The translations under genes and the position numbers were made by a program. The notes beneath the pieces were generated by a model, which saw nothing but the letters and a program-made list of their open reading frames with translations, searched no databases and had not been told where the DNA came from. Shown piece by piece: positions 52,543 to 61,480 of a DNA stretch of 64,000 nucleotides (its first letter is position 1; every line of letters starts with the position of its first letter). Source of the DNA: an uncultured Acidobacteriota bacterium (GTDB lineage: Bacteria; Acidobacteriota; Vicinamibacteria; Fen-336); assembly GCA_964574335.1 (NCBI GenBank), contig CAZNNH010000008.1:17707-81706 (forward strand). Direction: 5' to 3'.

Positions 52543-53424
52543 TTGGCCGCCATGCCAACAAGGATTGCGGCCGGCCCGAAGCGCGGGTATAAGCGGGCGG
52601 TGCGACCCCTGCCCAGACAATCCACGCTGCTGGCGGCCGGAGCCGCCGTTCTCCTCTTCACCGGTTCGGCCGGCGCACAGACCCGCCCCTTGCGGACCGA
52701 GCCCGCCACCACCGCCCCCGCCGGCCAGCTCGAGCTCGAGACCGGGATAGAGGCGATCGCAGCCGAGCCCAGCTTCGTGTCCGGCGTCGAGCGGACCCGT
52801 TGGGACGGGCCGCTCCTGCGCCTCGTCTACTCACCCGCCGACCGCGTCGAGCTGGACCTCGAGTGGGTGACCTTGGTGGGTGCCGGAGCCGCGGGCGGCG
52901 ACCCCGCCGTCACCGACTTCGGGGACGTCACGCTGCGCGCCAAGCTCCGGATCGTGGAGGGCAGGGACTCCCGGCCCACGGTGGGCGCCCGGTTCGGGGT
53001 GACGCTGCCGGAGACCTCGTACGAGGACGAGGAGTTCCGGCCGCTGGGACTGGGGCCCAACGTCCTCCGCGCCTTCGCGGAGGCGCTGCTCACCCAGCCG
53101 GTGGGGCCGGTATGGATCGACCTCAACGCCGGGCTCTACCTCCACGACGAGGTCTCGCGCCCGCACGACCAGCTCGACTTCCTCTCCTACGGTCTGGCGG
53201 CGCGCTGGCGGATCCGGCCACGGCTCGACGTGGTGGCCGAGGTGGCGGGCCGGGCCGGCAAGGGCAAGCCGGGCGCCGCGGAGCAATCCGAGCTGCGCGC
53301 GGGTGTCCGCTTCTCCCGCGGCCGTCTCGCCTTCGACGCCGCGCTGAGGCGTGGCCTGGCCGGAGGCCAGGGGACGTGGGGGGGGACCCTGGGGCTCACC
53401 TGGACGATCCGAAGCGGGACCTGA
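52543..53424 (+). CDS. Outer-membrane beta-barrel protein (transporter-like)
   Basis: Signal peptide followed by alternating amphipathic beta-strands. The start may be the GTG near 52602. Confidence 0.5.
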   Translation: MAAMPTRIAAGPKRGYKRAVRPLPRQSTLLAAGAAVLLFTGSAGAQTRPLRTEPATTAPAGQLELETGIEAIAAEPSFVSGVERTRWDGPLLRLVYSPADRVELDLEWVTLVGAGAAGGDPAVTDFGDVTLRAKLRIVEGRDSRPTVGARFGVTLPETSYEDEEFRPLGLGPNVLRAFAEALLTQPVGPVWIDLNAGLYLHDEVSRPHDQLDFLSYGLAARWRIRPRLDVVAEVAGRAGKGKPGAAEQSELRAGVRFSRGRLAFDAALRRGLAGGQGTWGGTLGLTWTIRSGT

Positions 53425-54028
53425 GACGGGTGCCGAGACCTCGCCGCAGGGCCTGGACCCCGCGCAGCGACAAGGCGGCGAGGGCCCAGGCCGTCACCAG
53501 GGGATCGATCAGGTAGTCCCAGAGGTTGCGCGACTCGTACGCCCCCAGGCCCCAGGCCAGGACAGCGAGGCTCACCCACCCGGCTACCGAGGCGACGTCG
53601 AGGAGCCAGGCCAGAAGCACGATCGACAGCAGCACCCCCAGCATCCAGGGGTCGCCGAAGCCCAGCCGGTACGGGTCGAGGTAGCCGACCCCCAGCGCCA
53701 ACGGGTAGAGCAGCAGCCCGGCGGCCCCGACCAGCACCTGGAAGCTGACGGTGTCTCTGGTGGGTCGGGGCCCCAGCCCGCGGAGCCCCCGCACGATACC
53801 GTCCGTCAACAGCAGCAGCGACGCGAGGCTCAGCTCGCCGATCACTCCCCGCAGGTAGCCCGCCGCAGGCAACCCTCCGATCGGGACGACGGCGGCGAAC
53901 CCGGCGGCCACACCCAGCCCCCACAGCCCGCCTCGCCTCAGCCCGGCCCGCCGGCCCGCCACCACCGCCGCCCAGAGAAGCACCAGGGCGCTTCCCGCCA
54001 GGCCGAGGAGGTCAGTGGCGCGGGGCAT
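53396..54028 (-). CDS. Integral membrane protein (about 6 TM helices)
   Basis: The internal ATG (MPRATDLL) overlaps the upstream gene by 17 nt. The 5' part of the track ORF is read-through of the BNR gene in another frame. Confidence 0.5.
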   Translation of the reverse strand: MPRATDLLGLAGSALVLLWAAVVAGRRAGLRRGGLWGLGVAAGFAAVVPIGGLPAAGYLRGVIGELSLASLLLLTDGIVRGLRGLGPRPTRDTVSFQVLVGAAGLLLYPLALGVGYLDPYRLGFGDPWMLGVLLSIVLLAWLLDVASVAGWVSLAVLAWGLGAYESRNLWDYLIDPLVTAWALAALSLRGVQALRRGLGTRLRSRFGSSR

Positions 54029-55334
54029 GGGGCGCCCTCGCCAGGCGCTTCTCCAGCCAGGCCTGGTTGAACTGGACGTGCTTGATGTAGGCGCGGTTCC
54101 ACGTGTAGAGAAGGTGGATGTCGCCGCCCTCGGTCTCGAGCAAGAACGGGTAGGAGAACTCGAAGTGGCACCGCGGCTCCCAGCACATGAAGCGCCGCGA
54201 CGAGGCCACGAACCGCCGCGCCTCGGCGTCCCCGACGCTCGCGTCCGTCGCCTGGGCCAGCGCCGCCACCGTCCGTGCGTAGCGCACGTCGTCGATCGGC
54301 AGGCTCCGTGCCGCCACCTGGTCTTCGAACCGGTGGACGAGGCGAAAACCCGTCCCTTCGTCGTCGGAGACGACCAGCGAGAGCGCGTCACGCTCGACGT
54401 CGACGTCGTTGAGCGCCAGGAGCACCCGCCCGCGCGACAGCGCGATGCCAGAGATACCCGCATCCGGGTTCGGAAGCTCGGTTCGCTCCGGGCGGGTCCA
54501 GAGACGCCCGCCGTCCCGGGTGCGGCTCAGCATCACCCGTCCCGGTGGCGGCTGTCCGGAAGCCCGCATCAGGGCCAGCGCGGCCAGCGGGGCGGTCGGC
54601 ACGATGGTGGGCTGCGAGCCCTCGCCCGGCGTGCTCAGGCGCTGCCGGTCGATCACCTTACCGTCGTGGTCGAGACGGAGGATCTCCGAGAAGCCGCTCA
54701 CCAGGCTCTGGTAGACGGGAAGTCCCAGCGTCCCGTCCTGGTAGAGGAACGGGGCGCCCCTCACCATCGTGTTGAGGTTCAGAAACGGCGAGCCGATCAG
54801 CCGCTGCGCCGGCCCCCAGGTGAGACCATCGTCGCTCGAGCGGACGACGCTGACGGTGCTGCCGCCCCACCCTCCCACCGTGACCGTCACGTAGAACAGC
54901 CACAGCGTCCCGTCGGCGGCACGCACCGCGGTGGGGTTGCCGACCTTCACCACGTATCGCAGCAGGGCACGCTGGGTGCTTTCGGGTCCCGCCACCGCCC
55001 GCGCCTCCCCCCAACCCCCTCGCTCAGGGTCGAAGGCGGCCGAGAGGATCTCCACGTCCTGGGCCCCTTCCTGGCTTCCCGAGAACCAGAAGGCCCGCAG
55101 ACGACCGTCGCCGAGCTCCACCAGGCACGCCACGTGGGCGTTGACGTCGTGGCGCTTCGACACGAAGCGGCTGGTCAGCCGGGGCTCGGCGCCGCTCGGC
55201 GTGGCGACCGCCGGCACGAGAAAGGGCGCCGGTGGAGGCCAGCTCGCCGCCCGGCTGAATCCCACGCCGAACCCGACCGCGGTGAGACTCAGGATCCACG
55301 GCCAGGTGGTGTGGCTCCGGGATCGACCGCTCAC
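54012..55334 (-). CDS. BNR/Asp-box repeat (sialidase-like) secreted protein
   Basis: Asp-box motifs SSDDGLTW, SRTRDGGRLW and SDDEGTGF. The GTG start overlaps the GT39 stop (GTGA). Confidence 0.7.
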   Translation of the reverse strand: MSGRSRSHTTWPWILSLTAVGFGVGFSRAASWPPPAPFLVPAVATPSGAEPRLTSRFVSKRHDVNAHVACLVELGDGRLRAFWFSGSQEGAQDVEILSAAFDPERGGWGEARAVAGPESTQRALLRYVVKVGNPTAVRAADGTLWLFYVTVTVGGWGGSTVSVVRSSDDGLTWGPAQRLIGSPFLNLNTMVRGAPFLYQDGTLGLPVYQSLVSGFSEILRLDHDGKVIDRQRLSTPGEGSQPTIVPTAPLAALALMRASGQPPPGRVMLSRTRDGGRLWTRPERTELPNPDAGISGIALSRGRVLLALNDVDVERDALSLVVSDDEGTGFRLVHRFEDQVAARSLPIDDVRYARTVAALAQATDASVGDAEARRFVASSRRFMCWEPRCHFEFSYPFLLETEGGDIHLLYTWNRAYIKHVQFNQAWLEKRLARAPHAPRH

Positions 55335-57001
55335 GGCCGGACCTCGTCCGACACCACCGCCACCTCCCTCACCAGCAGGTGGTCGAGCAGGCGGCCCTCG
55401 AGCATCTCGCGGAGCTCCTGCGGGCTTTGGCGCCCCCCCAGGTCGAGACGCTCCCCCAGCAACCGGCAGCCCCTGCATTCCAGCCGCCCGCGGTGCTCAC
55501 GCGCCACCACCCGCGGGTACCGGAGAAGCAGCGCCTCGAGTGCCGGCTCCGGCAGCCGTGGGTAGCCGTGGACGTTCGCCCCCGGCAGCAGGAAGCGATA
55601 ACCCTCCTCCTTGCCGATGAAGTCGACGGGGACCCACACGTCGCGGCCCGCCAGGCGTGCCACCACCCCGTCGTCGAAGCGACCCAGGGGGCCGTCCAAC
55701 GGCCGGACCAGCGAGGAGAAGGAGAGGAATGTCGCGAAGACCGCCAGCAGGAGAAAGGGGCGGGTGCGCGGCGGCGACCAGAAGCCCCACAAGACGACGC
55801 CGAGCGCGCCGGCGAGGAGCGCCCAGTGACCGGCCCGGTACGGCCCCGCACCCGGCAGGGCCCTCTGCAGGAGCAGCGAGAGACCCAGCATGGCGGCGAG
55901 CACGACACCGGTGAGGGCCAGGGCGACGAGAAACGCGCGCCTCTTCATCCGCTCCCAGAAAAGGGCCAGCAGCAGGGCCACCGCCGGCATCGCCGGCAGC
56001 AGGTAACGGCTGGAGCGCTGGCTCGGCAGGCAGAACACGGCGAAGAAGACGACGACCCAGCCCCACAACATCCGCTCGCTGTCGCTCGACTCCCCAGGTC
56101 GCCGCAGCCAACCGAGCGAGAGCGCCACCACGAGCGGCAGCAGCAGCCCGGCGTTGGCGAAGAAGCCCAGCGCCAGGGCCGGCACGCTGAAACGACCGAA
56201 GAGAAGACCCGCCAGATAGGAGCCCCCCAGGTGGAACTTGCCCAGGTTCTCGCCGAGCACGAACTCGTTCCACACCGCGGCGGGATCGGGATCGAGAAGC
56301 GGCCACAGGGCGAAGATCAGAAGCGCGATCAGGACCGTCACCGCGACGCTGCCGACGTCCCGGCCGGCCAGGCGCTCCCCCCGGCTCCGCCGGTGCAGGC
56401 GGTGGAGGCACAGGAGGCCGAGACCCACCGGAGCCGCCAGCGCGAAGGACTTGTAGAGCAGACCGATGCCGGTGGCGACTCCGATCAGGGCCGGCACCCG
56501 GAATCGGGAGGCGAACCCGGCCGGTCGACCGTAGAGGAGCACGAAGAGCGGCACGAACAGCCAGAACACCTCCGGGGCGTTGGTCAGGAAGGGACGGCCG
56601 TAGCGGTAGGTGCTGAAGAACGCCAGGTAGACGAGGGCGGCCCTGAACCCGGTCTCCAGCCCGCCACCGAGCCGGGCGCCGAGCAGCAGCAGCAGCAGGC
56701 CGGTGAGCAGGGTGTAGACAACGCTGGGAAGCCGCAGGTGCCACAGGTCGAAGGCGCGCCCGCCGTCGGTGGCCAGGATCCCCTGCCAGAACAGGAGCGG
56801 GGGCTTGGTGTTGCGCACGCCGGGCAGCTCGGACCGGAGCGGCAGGAGCCTGCCGCTCTCTGCCGTGAGGCGGGTGATGTGGGTGTAGGGGTACTCGTCG
56901 CCGTTTTTGGGGATGTGCAGGCTCGAGAGCCCCTGAAGGTAGGCGGCCACCGCCAGCAGGAGCAGGGCGCCGTAGCCGAATCCCCTCCCCCGTGCCCCCA
57001 T
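55331..57001 (-). CDS. Membrane glycosyltransferase, GT39/ArnT-like (second copy in the window)
   Basis: The MGARGRGF start overlaps the S8 stop (ATGA). It has many TM helices and a PMT_2-like N-terminal region (KNGDEYPY...). Confidence 0.75.
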   Translation of the reverse strand: MGARGRGFGYGALLLLAVAAYLQGLSSLHIPKNGDEYPYTHITRLTAESGRLLPLRSELPGVRNTKPPLLFWQGILATDGGRAFDLWHLRLPSVVYTLLTGLLLLLLGARLGGGLETGFRAALVYLAFFSTYRYGRPFLTNAPEVFWLFVPLFVLLYGRPAGFASRFRVPALIGVATGIGLLYKSFALAAPVGLGLLCLHRLHRRSRGERLAGRDVGSVAVTVLIALLIFALWPLLDPDPAAVWNEFVLGENLGKFHLGGSYLAGLLFGRFSVPALALGFFANAGLLLPLVVALSLGWLRRPGESSDSERMLWGWVVVFFAVFCLPSQRSSRYLLPAMPAVALLLALFWERMKRRAFLVALALTGVVLAAMLGLSLLLQRALPGAGPYRAGHWALLAGALGVVLWGFWSPPRTRPFLLLAVFATFLSFSSLVRPLDGPLGRFDDGVVARLAGRDVWVPVDFIGKEEGYRFLLPGANVHGYPRLPEPALEALLLRYPRVVAREHRGRLECRGCRLLGERLDLGGRQSPQELREMLEGRLLDHLLVREVAVVSDEVRP

Positions 57002-58455
57002 CAGGGCCCGGGGAGGGCCTCGACTGCGGCCAGGGCATCCACGATCCCCCAGCCGAGGGCGTTGTCGGGAGCCGCGGCGTTGGAGGCGGTGGCGCGCAGC
57101 ACGCTCAGCACCTGCTCGACGGTGTAGTCCGGGTGGGCCTGGAGGACCAGGGCCACCACGCCCGCCACCAGCGGGCACGAGAACGAGGTCCCGTTGAGGC
57201 GCAAGTACTCGTCGGGCGCGGACCAGCCGGCGGTCACCACCAGCCGCCCCTGGGCCATGACGTCGGGCTTGATACGGCCGTCGGCGGTGGGACCCACCGA
57301 GCTGAAGAGCGTCCGCTGGCCTTCCGGGCCGACCGCGCCGGCGGCCAGCACCCGCTTGCCGTCGGCGGGGGCCCCGATCGTTCCGTGATCGGGGCTCATC
57401 CCCTCGTTGCCGGCCGAGCACACCACCACCACGCCCCGCTCGGCGGCCAGGTCGGCGGCCCGGGTGCTGACGGCGGTCTCCCCGTCCAGGTCTTCGTAGC
57501 GGTGGCTCTGAAGGGGATCGTCGTAGTCGAAATAGCTCAGGGACGAGCTGATGACGTCCGCGCCCAGGGCCTCGACCCACTCGGCGGCGGCGGCCCAGTT
57601 GTCCTCCTCGACCGGCGTCTCGCTCTGGGTGTCCTCGGTCTTGGCCAGGATGAAGCTGGCGCCGTAGGCCGGTCCCACCAGCCGCCCCTCCCGGTAGCCG
57701 CCCAGCACCGAAAGCGTGGCCGTGCCATGGCTGCCCTCGCCCCGGTCGTCCCCGTCGGCGACGTCGTCGTCGTGGTTGACGAAGTCGTGGGTCGCCAGGA
57801 CCTGGGTGGTCGCAAAGGCCTCGTGGGCCAGGTTGGAGAAGCCGGTGTCGAAGACCGCGACCACCACCCCCTCACCGTGGAGGCCCAGGTCGTGCAGGAT
57901 CGGGACCTGGATCTGGGCGAGCTGGCCGAAGGACTCGCCGTAGTCGAGGGTCTGGGGGGCGCTTGGCTTGGGCGCGCGGACCGGCGGGACGTCCGTGGGG
58001 CCGGGCCGCGGCTCGGGCGACCTCCGCAGCCGTCGCACCTGCTCGAGGCGCTCGACGAACGGAAGCTCGAGAAGGGCCCGCACCTGGTCCAGGTCGGCCT
58101 CGACGCTGATCGCGTTCAGCCACCGGGATCGGTGTCTCACCAGGACGCCCGTCTGCCGCACCGCGGCCACGTACGCAGCATCGAGAGGCAGGTCTTCCAC
58201 CGTGACCGTGGGCCGCGTCCCGCGGCGGCGCCGACGCTCCAGGGCACGCGGGGTCAGCCCCCGCCGCGCCTCGTCGAGCCGGGCCTCGGCACGGGGGCCC
58301 TTGTCACGGAAGAAGACCCAGAGGGCATGGGCGCTGTCCGGCGCCTCGGCCAGCCGGGCCGCGAGCCGGGGCGAGACGGAAGCCGCCGGGGCCCGGGTCG
58401 GGGCCGCGGACGCGAGCAGCGTCCCGGAGAGGATCAGCAGCCGGCCGAGGAACAC
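57001..58455 (-). CDS. S8-family (subtilisin-like) serine peptidase, secreted
   Basis: Catalytic triad motifs VAVFDTG (Asp), HGT (His) and GTSFSCP (Ser), plus a signal peptide. The start is inferred as the first in-frame GTG after the leuB terminator region. Confidence 0.8.
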   Translation of the reverse strand: MFLGRLLILSGTLLASAAPTRAPAASVSPRLAARLAEAPDSAHALWVFFRDKGPRAEARLDEARRGLTPRALERRRRRGTRPTVTVEDLPLDAAYVAAVRQTGVLVRHRSRWLNAISVEADLDQVRALLELPFVERLEQVRRLRRSPEPRPGPTDVPPVRAPKPSAPQTLDYGESFGQLAQIQVPILHDLGLHGEGVVVAVFDTGFSNLAHEAFATTQVLATHDFVNHDDDVADGDDRGEGSHGTATLSVLGGYREGRLVGPAYGASFILAKTEDTQSETPVEEDNWAAAAEWVEALGADVISSSLSYFDYDDPLQSHRYEDLDGETAVSTRAADLAAERGVVVVCSAGNEGMSPDHGTIGAPADGKRVLAAGAVGPEGQRTLFSSVGPTADGRIKPDVMAQGRLVVTAGWSAPDEYLRLNGTSFSCPLVAGVVALVLQAHPDYTVEQVLSVLRATASNAAAPDNALGWGIVDALAAVEALPGP

Positions 58456-58516
58456 GGGGAGATGGTACCGCCGATGTACGCGGCGCCCGAAGTGATTTCG
58501 GTCGCCGCTATCAAGC

Positions 58517-58534
58517 GGGGGGCTCCCGCCCCCC
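58517..58534 (-). terminator. GC hairpin (7-bp stem, 4-nt loop) downstream of the leuB-like gene
   Basis: GGGGGGC-TCCC-GCCCCCC lies about 40 nt after the stop. There is no U-tract. Confidence 0.3.
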
Positions 58535-58574
58535 GGGCCCCCGGGCCCGAACCTGCGGGCTTCCGATGTCGCGT

Positions 58575-59663
58575 CTAGCCCTTGGCCACGGTCTCGGCCA
58601 CCAGGTCGCCGACCTGGCTGGTCGAGTAGCCCATCTGCCCGGCCGCCATGCTCTTGAGCTTGGTACCGGTCACCAGCTTGACGGCCGACTCGACGGCGTC
58701 CGCCGCCGCCTGCTCGCCCAGGGTCTCGAGCATCATCGCCCCGGCGCACACCGCCGCCAGCGGGTTGATGACCCCCTGGCCGGTGTACTTCGGGGCCGAG
58801 CCTCCGATCGGCTCGAACATGCTCACGCCCTCGGGGTTGATGTTGCCTCCGGCGGCCAGCCCCATCCCGCCCTGGGTCATCGCCCCGAGGTCGGTGATGA
58901 TGTCGCCGAACATGTTGCCGGTGACCAGGACGTCGAACCACTCCGGGCTCTTGACCATCCACATGCAGCAGGCGTCCACGTGGTAGTAGTCGCGTGCCAC
59001 GTCCGGGTACTCGGCCTGGCCGATCTCGTGGAAGGCCCGCTCCCACAGGTCGTAGACGTAGGTCAGCACGTTGGTCTTGCCGACCAGGGCCAGGGTGTTC
59101 TTGTCGCCCTTGCCCCGGGCCTTGCGGCCGTGGGCGCGGGCGTACTCGAAGGCCCACCTCAGGCACCGCTCCACCTGGAAGCGGCTGTAGACCATGGACT
59201 GGATCGCCACCTCGTTGGGCGTCCCCTTGAGCGAGACGCCGCCCACGCCGGCGTAGACGTCGCCGGTGTTCTCGCGCACCACCACGTAGTCGATCTGCTC
59301 CGGCCCCTTGTCCTTGATCGGCGTCTCGACGCCAGGGTAGAGGCGAACCGGCCGGAGGTTGATGTACTGGTCGAGCTCGAAGCGGGCGTGGAGCAGGATC
59401 CCCTTCTCGAGGATGCCCGGCTTGACGTCGGGGTGGCCGATGGCACCCAGCAGGATGGCGTCGAAGCCACGCAGCTCCTGAAGGACGCTGTCGGGCAAGG
59501 TCTCGCCGGTCCGCTTGTAGCGCTCGCCGCCGAGGTCGTAGGTGGTCTTGTCGAGCTTGAACCCGAATCGGCCGGCGGCGGCATCCAGGGCCTTCTCGGC
59601 CTCTCTGACGACTTCCGGTCCGGTGCCGTCTCCGGGCAGGACGGCAATGCGGTAGGTCTTCAT
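58575..59663 (-). CDS. leuB: 3-isopropylmalate / tartrate dehydrogenase family (LeuB/TtuC-like)
   Basis: Beta-decarboxylating dehydrogenase signatures (RIAVLPGDGTGPEV, NMFGDIITDL). Confidence 0.75.
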   Translation of the reverse strand: MKTYRIAVLPGDGTGPEVVREAEKALDAAAGRFGFKLDKTTYDLGGERYKRTGETLPDSVLQELRGFDAILLGAIGHPDVKPGILEKGILLHARFELDQYINLRPVRLYPGVETPIKDKGPEQIDYVVVRENTGDVYAGVGGVSLKGTPNEVAIQSMVYSRFQVERCLRWAFEYARAHGRKARGKGDKNTLALVGKTNVLTYVYDLWERAFHEIGQAEYPDVARDYYHVDACCMWMVKSPEWFDVLVTGNMFGDIITDLGAMTQGGMGLAAGGNINPEGVSMFEPIGGSAPKYTGQGVINPLAAVCAGAMMLETLGEQAAADAVESAVKLVTGTKLKSMAAGQMGYSTSQVGDLVAETVAKG

Positions 59664-59842
59664 TATTGACTTGCCTCTCGGGTGAAACGGAGCCTGCGGT
59701 CAGCTGCCTCGCTCCGGTCGAGCCCTGGATGATACCCGAAGCCGGCCGCGCCTGCACAGGGCCGCCCGGCAGCTTGGCACCGGGAGAGAGGGCGTGAGAG
59801 CATGCAGCGACCGTCGAGCCGTTTGCCATCGGGAGGGAGTGG

Positions 59843-61123
59843 ATGGGCGGAGCACTCGAGCCGGCCACCGCCAGGGAGTTCGCGATCGCCCTGCTGATCG
59901 GGGCCCTGATCGGCCTGGACCGGGAGCGCAAGAAGGCCAACGACGGCGACGTCGGGATCGGGGGGCTGCGGACGTTCATCCTCTTCGCCCAGGCCGGGGC
60001 GCTCTCGGCCTGGCTGGGGCTGAGGCTCGGCACCCCCTGGCTCTTCGTGGCGACCGTCCTCGCGGTCTCCGGGGTGGTGGTCGCCGGCTACCTGGTCCAG
60101 GCCCGGGCCAAGCCCCATTCGTACGGCCTGACCACCGAGATCGCCGCCATCGGCACCTGCCTGCTGGGGGGGACCTGCCTGCTCGGCTATCCCGGGCTGG
60201 CGGTGGCGCTCGGGATCATCACCTCGGCGACCCTGGCCCTCAAGCAGCCGCTCCACGGGCTGGTGGCCAAGCTCGGGGACGAGGACATCAACGCCGGCCT
60301 GAAGCTGCTAGTGGCGAGCTTCGTGGTCCTGCCGCTGCTTCCCAACCACCCCGTCGACCCCTGGCAGGCCATCAACCCCTACGAGCTGTGGCTCCTGGTG
60401 GTGCTCATCTCGGGGCTCTCGCTGGTCGGCTACATCACCATCCGCTGGCTCGGCCCCAACAGGGGACTGCTGCTCACTGGGCTCTCCGGCGGCCTGGTCT
60501 CGTCGACGGCGGTGACGCTGTCGTTCGCCCGGCGGAGCCACGAGGACCCGGAGGGGCGCATGGTGGGCCCGCTGACCGCCGGGATCCTGATCGCCTGGGC
60601 GGTCATGTTCGCCCGCGTGGTGGCGCTGGTCGCCGTGCTCCACCCGCCGCTGGTGGCGTCGCTAGCGGTGCCTTTTGCCGCCATGGGCCTGATGACCCTG
60701 GTCTTCGTGGCGGCCCTGCTGCGAGGCTCCCAGAGCCGCCAGGCGGCCGGCGGCTCGCAGGAGGTCCCGCTCCAGAACCCGTTCAGCCTGACCTCGGCCA
60801 TCAAGTTCGCCCTCTTCTTCGCGGTGGTGCTGCTGGGCGTGAAGGTCGTCCAGCAGGCCTTCCCGGGTCGAGGCACGCTGGCGGTGGCGGCGCTGGCCGG
60901 TCTCACCGACGTCGACGCCATCACCCTCGCCATGAGCCGCTTCGCCAGCGCCGGGGGCGACGCCGCCACCGCGGCCGCCGCCATCACCATTGCGGCGCTC
61001 TCCAACACCGTCGGGAAGGCCGGCGTGGGGGTGGTGCTGGGCGGCCGCCGGCTGGGCCGGCGCCTCTCGGTGGTGACGGTCGCCATCTTCGTCGCCGGCG
61101 GCCTGGCGGTCTGGCTCTTCTGA
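59843..61123 (+). CDS. MgtC/SapB-family membrane protein with DUF4010-like C-terminal domain
   Basis: N-terminal MgtC motif LIGALIGLDRE with a long polytopic C-terminal half. Confidence 0.7.
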   Translation: MGGALEPATAREFAIALLIGALIGLDRERKKANDGDVGIGGLRTFILFAQAGALSAWLGLRLGTPWLFVATVLAVSGVVVAGYLVQARAKPHSYGLTTEIAAIGTCLLGGTCLLGYPGLAVALGIITSATLALKQPLHGLVAKLGDEDINAGLKLLVASFVVLPLLPNHPVDPWQAINPYELWLLVVLISGLSLVGYITIRWLGPNRGLLLTGLSGGLVSSTAVTLSFARRSHEDPEGRMVGPLTAGILIAWAVMFARVVALVAVLHPPLVASLAVPFAAMGLMTLVFVAALLRGSQSRQAAGGSQEVPLQNPFSLTSAIKFALFFAVVLLGVKVVQQAFPGRGTLAVAALAGLTDVDAITLAMSRFASAGGDAATAAAAITIAALSNTVGKAGVGVVLGGRRLGRRLSVVTVAIFVAGGLAVWLF

Positions 61124-61189
61124 GCCCTCCCCCCCGGGGACTACTCCTTCCCCCGCCCGGACCGAATCCAGGACTTCCGCTCGCCCGAG

Positions 61190-61480
61190 ATGACGGCCAA
61201 GCTCGAGCGGGGCCCGGTGGGGATGCTGACGGTGCTGCCCAGCGGTCCTCCCGCCATGGGGAAGGCCCTGACCGGTCGCACGGTGGCGGCTGGCGCCGGC
61301 TTCCTGGCAGTGTTCCGCGTGTCGGGAACGGCCGCCTGCCTGGCCTTCTCCGCCGCCGTGCCCATCGACTCGATCTGGCTGGGTCGGTCGTGGAGCACGA
61401 CCTTCAAGCACGTCCTCGATGGCCTGGTCTACGCCGTGGTGGCCGGCGCGCTGTTCGGCTGGCTGTGGCCGGCGACCTGA
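61190..61480 (+). CDS. Small hypothetical membrane protein
   Basis: Hydrophobic ORF with weak support. Confidence 0.35.
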   Translation: MTAKLERGPVGMLTVLPSGPPAMGKALTGRTVAAGAGFLAVFRVSGTAACLAFSAAVPIDSIWLGRSWSTTFKHVLDGLVYAVVAGALFGWLWPAT

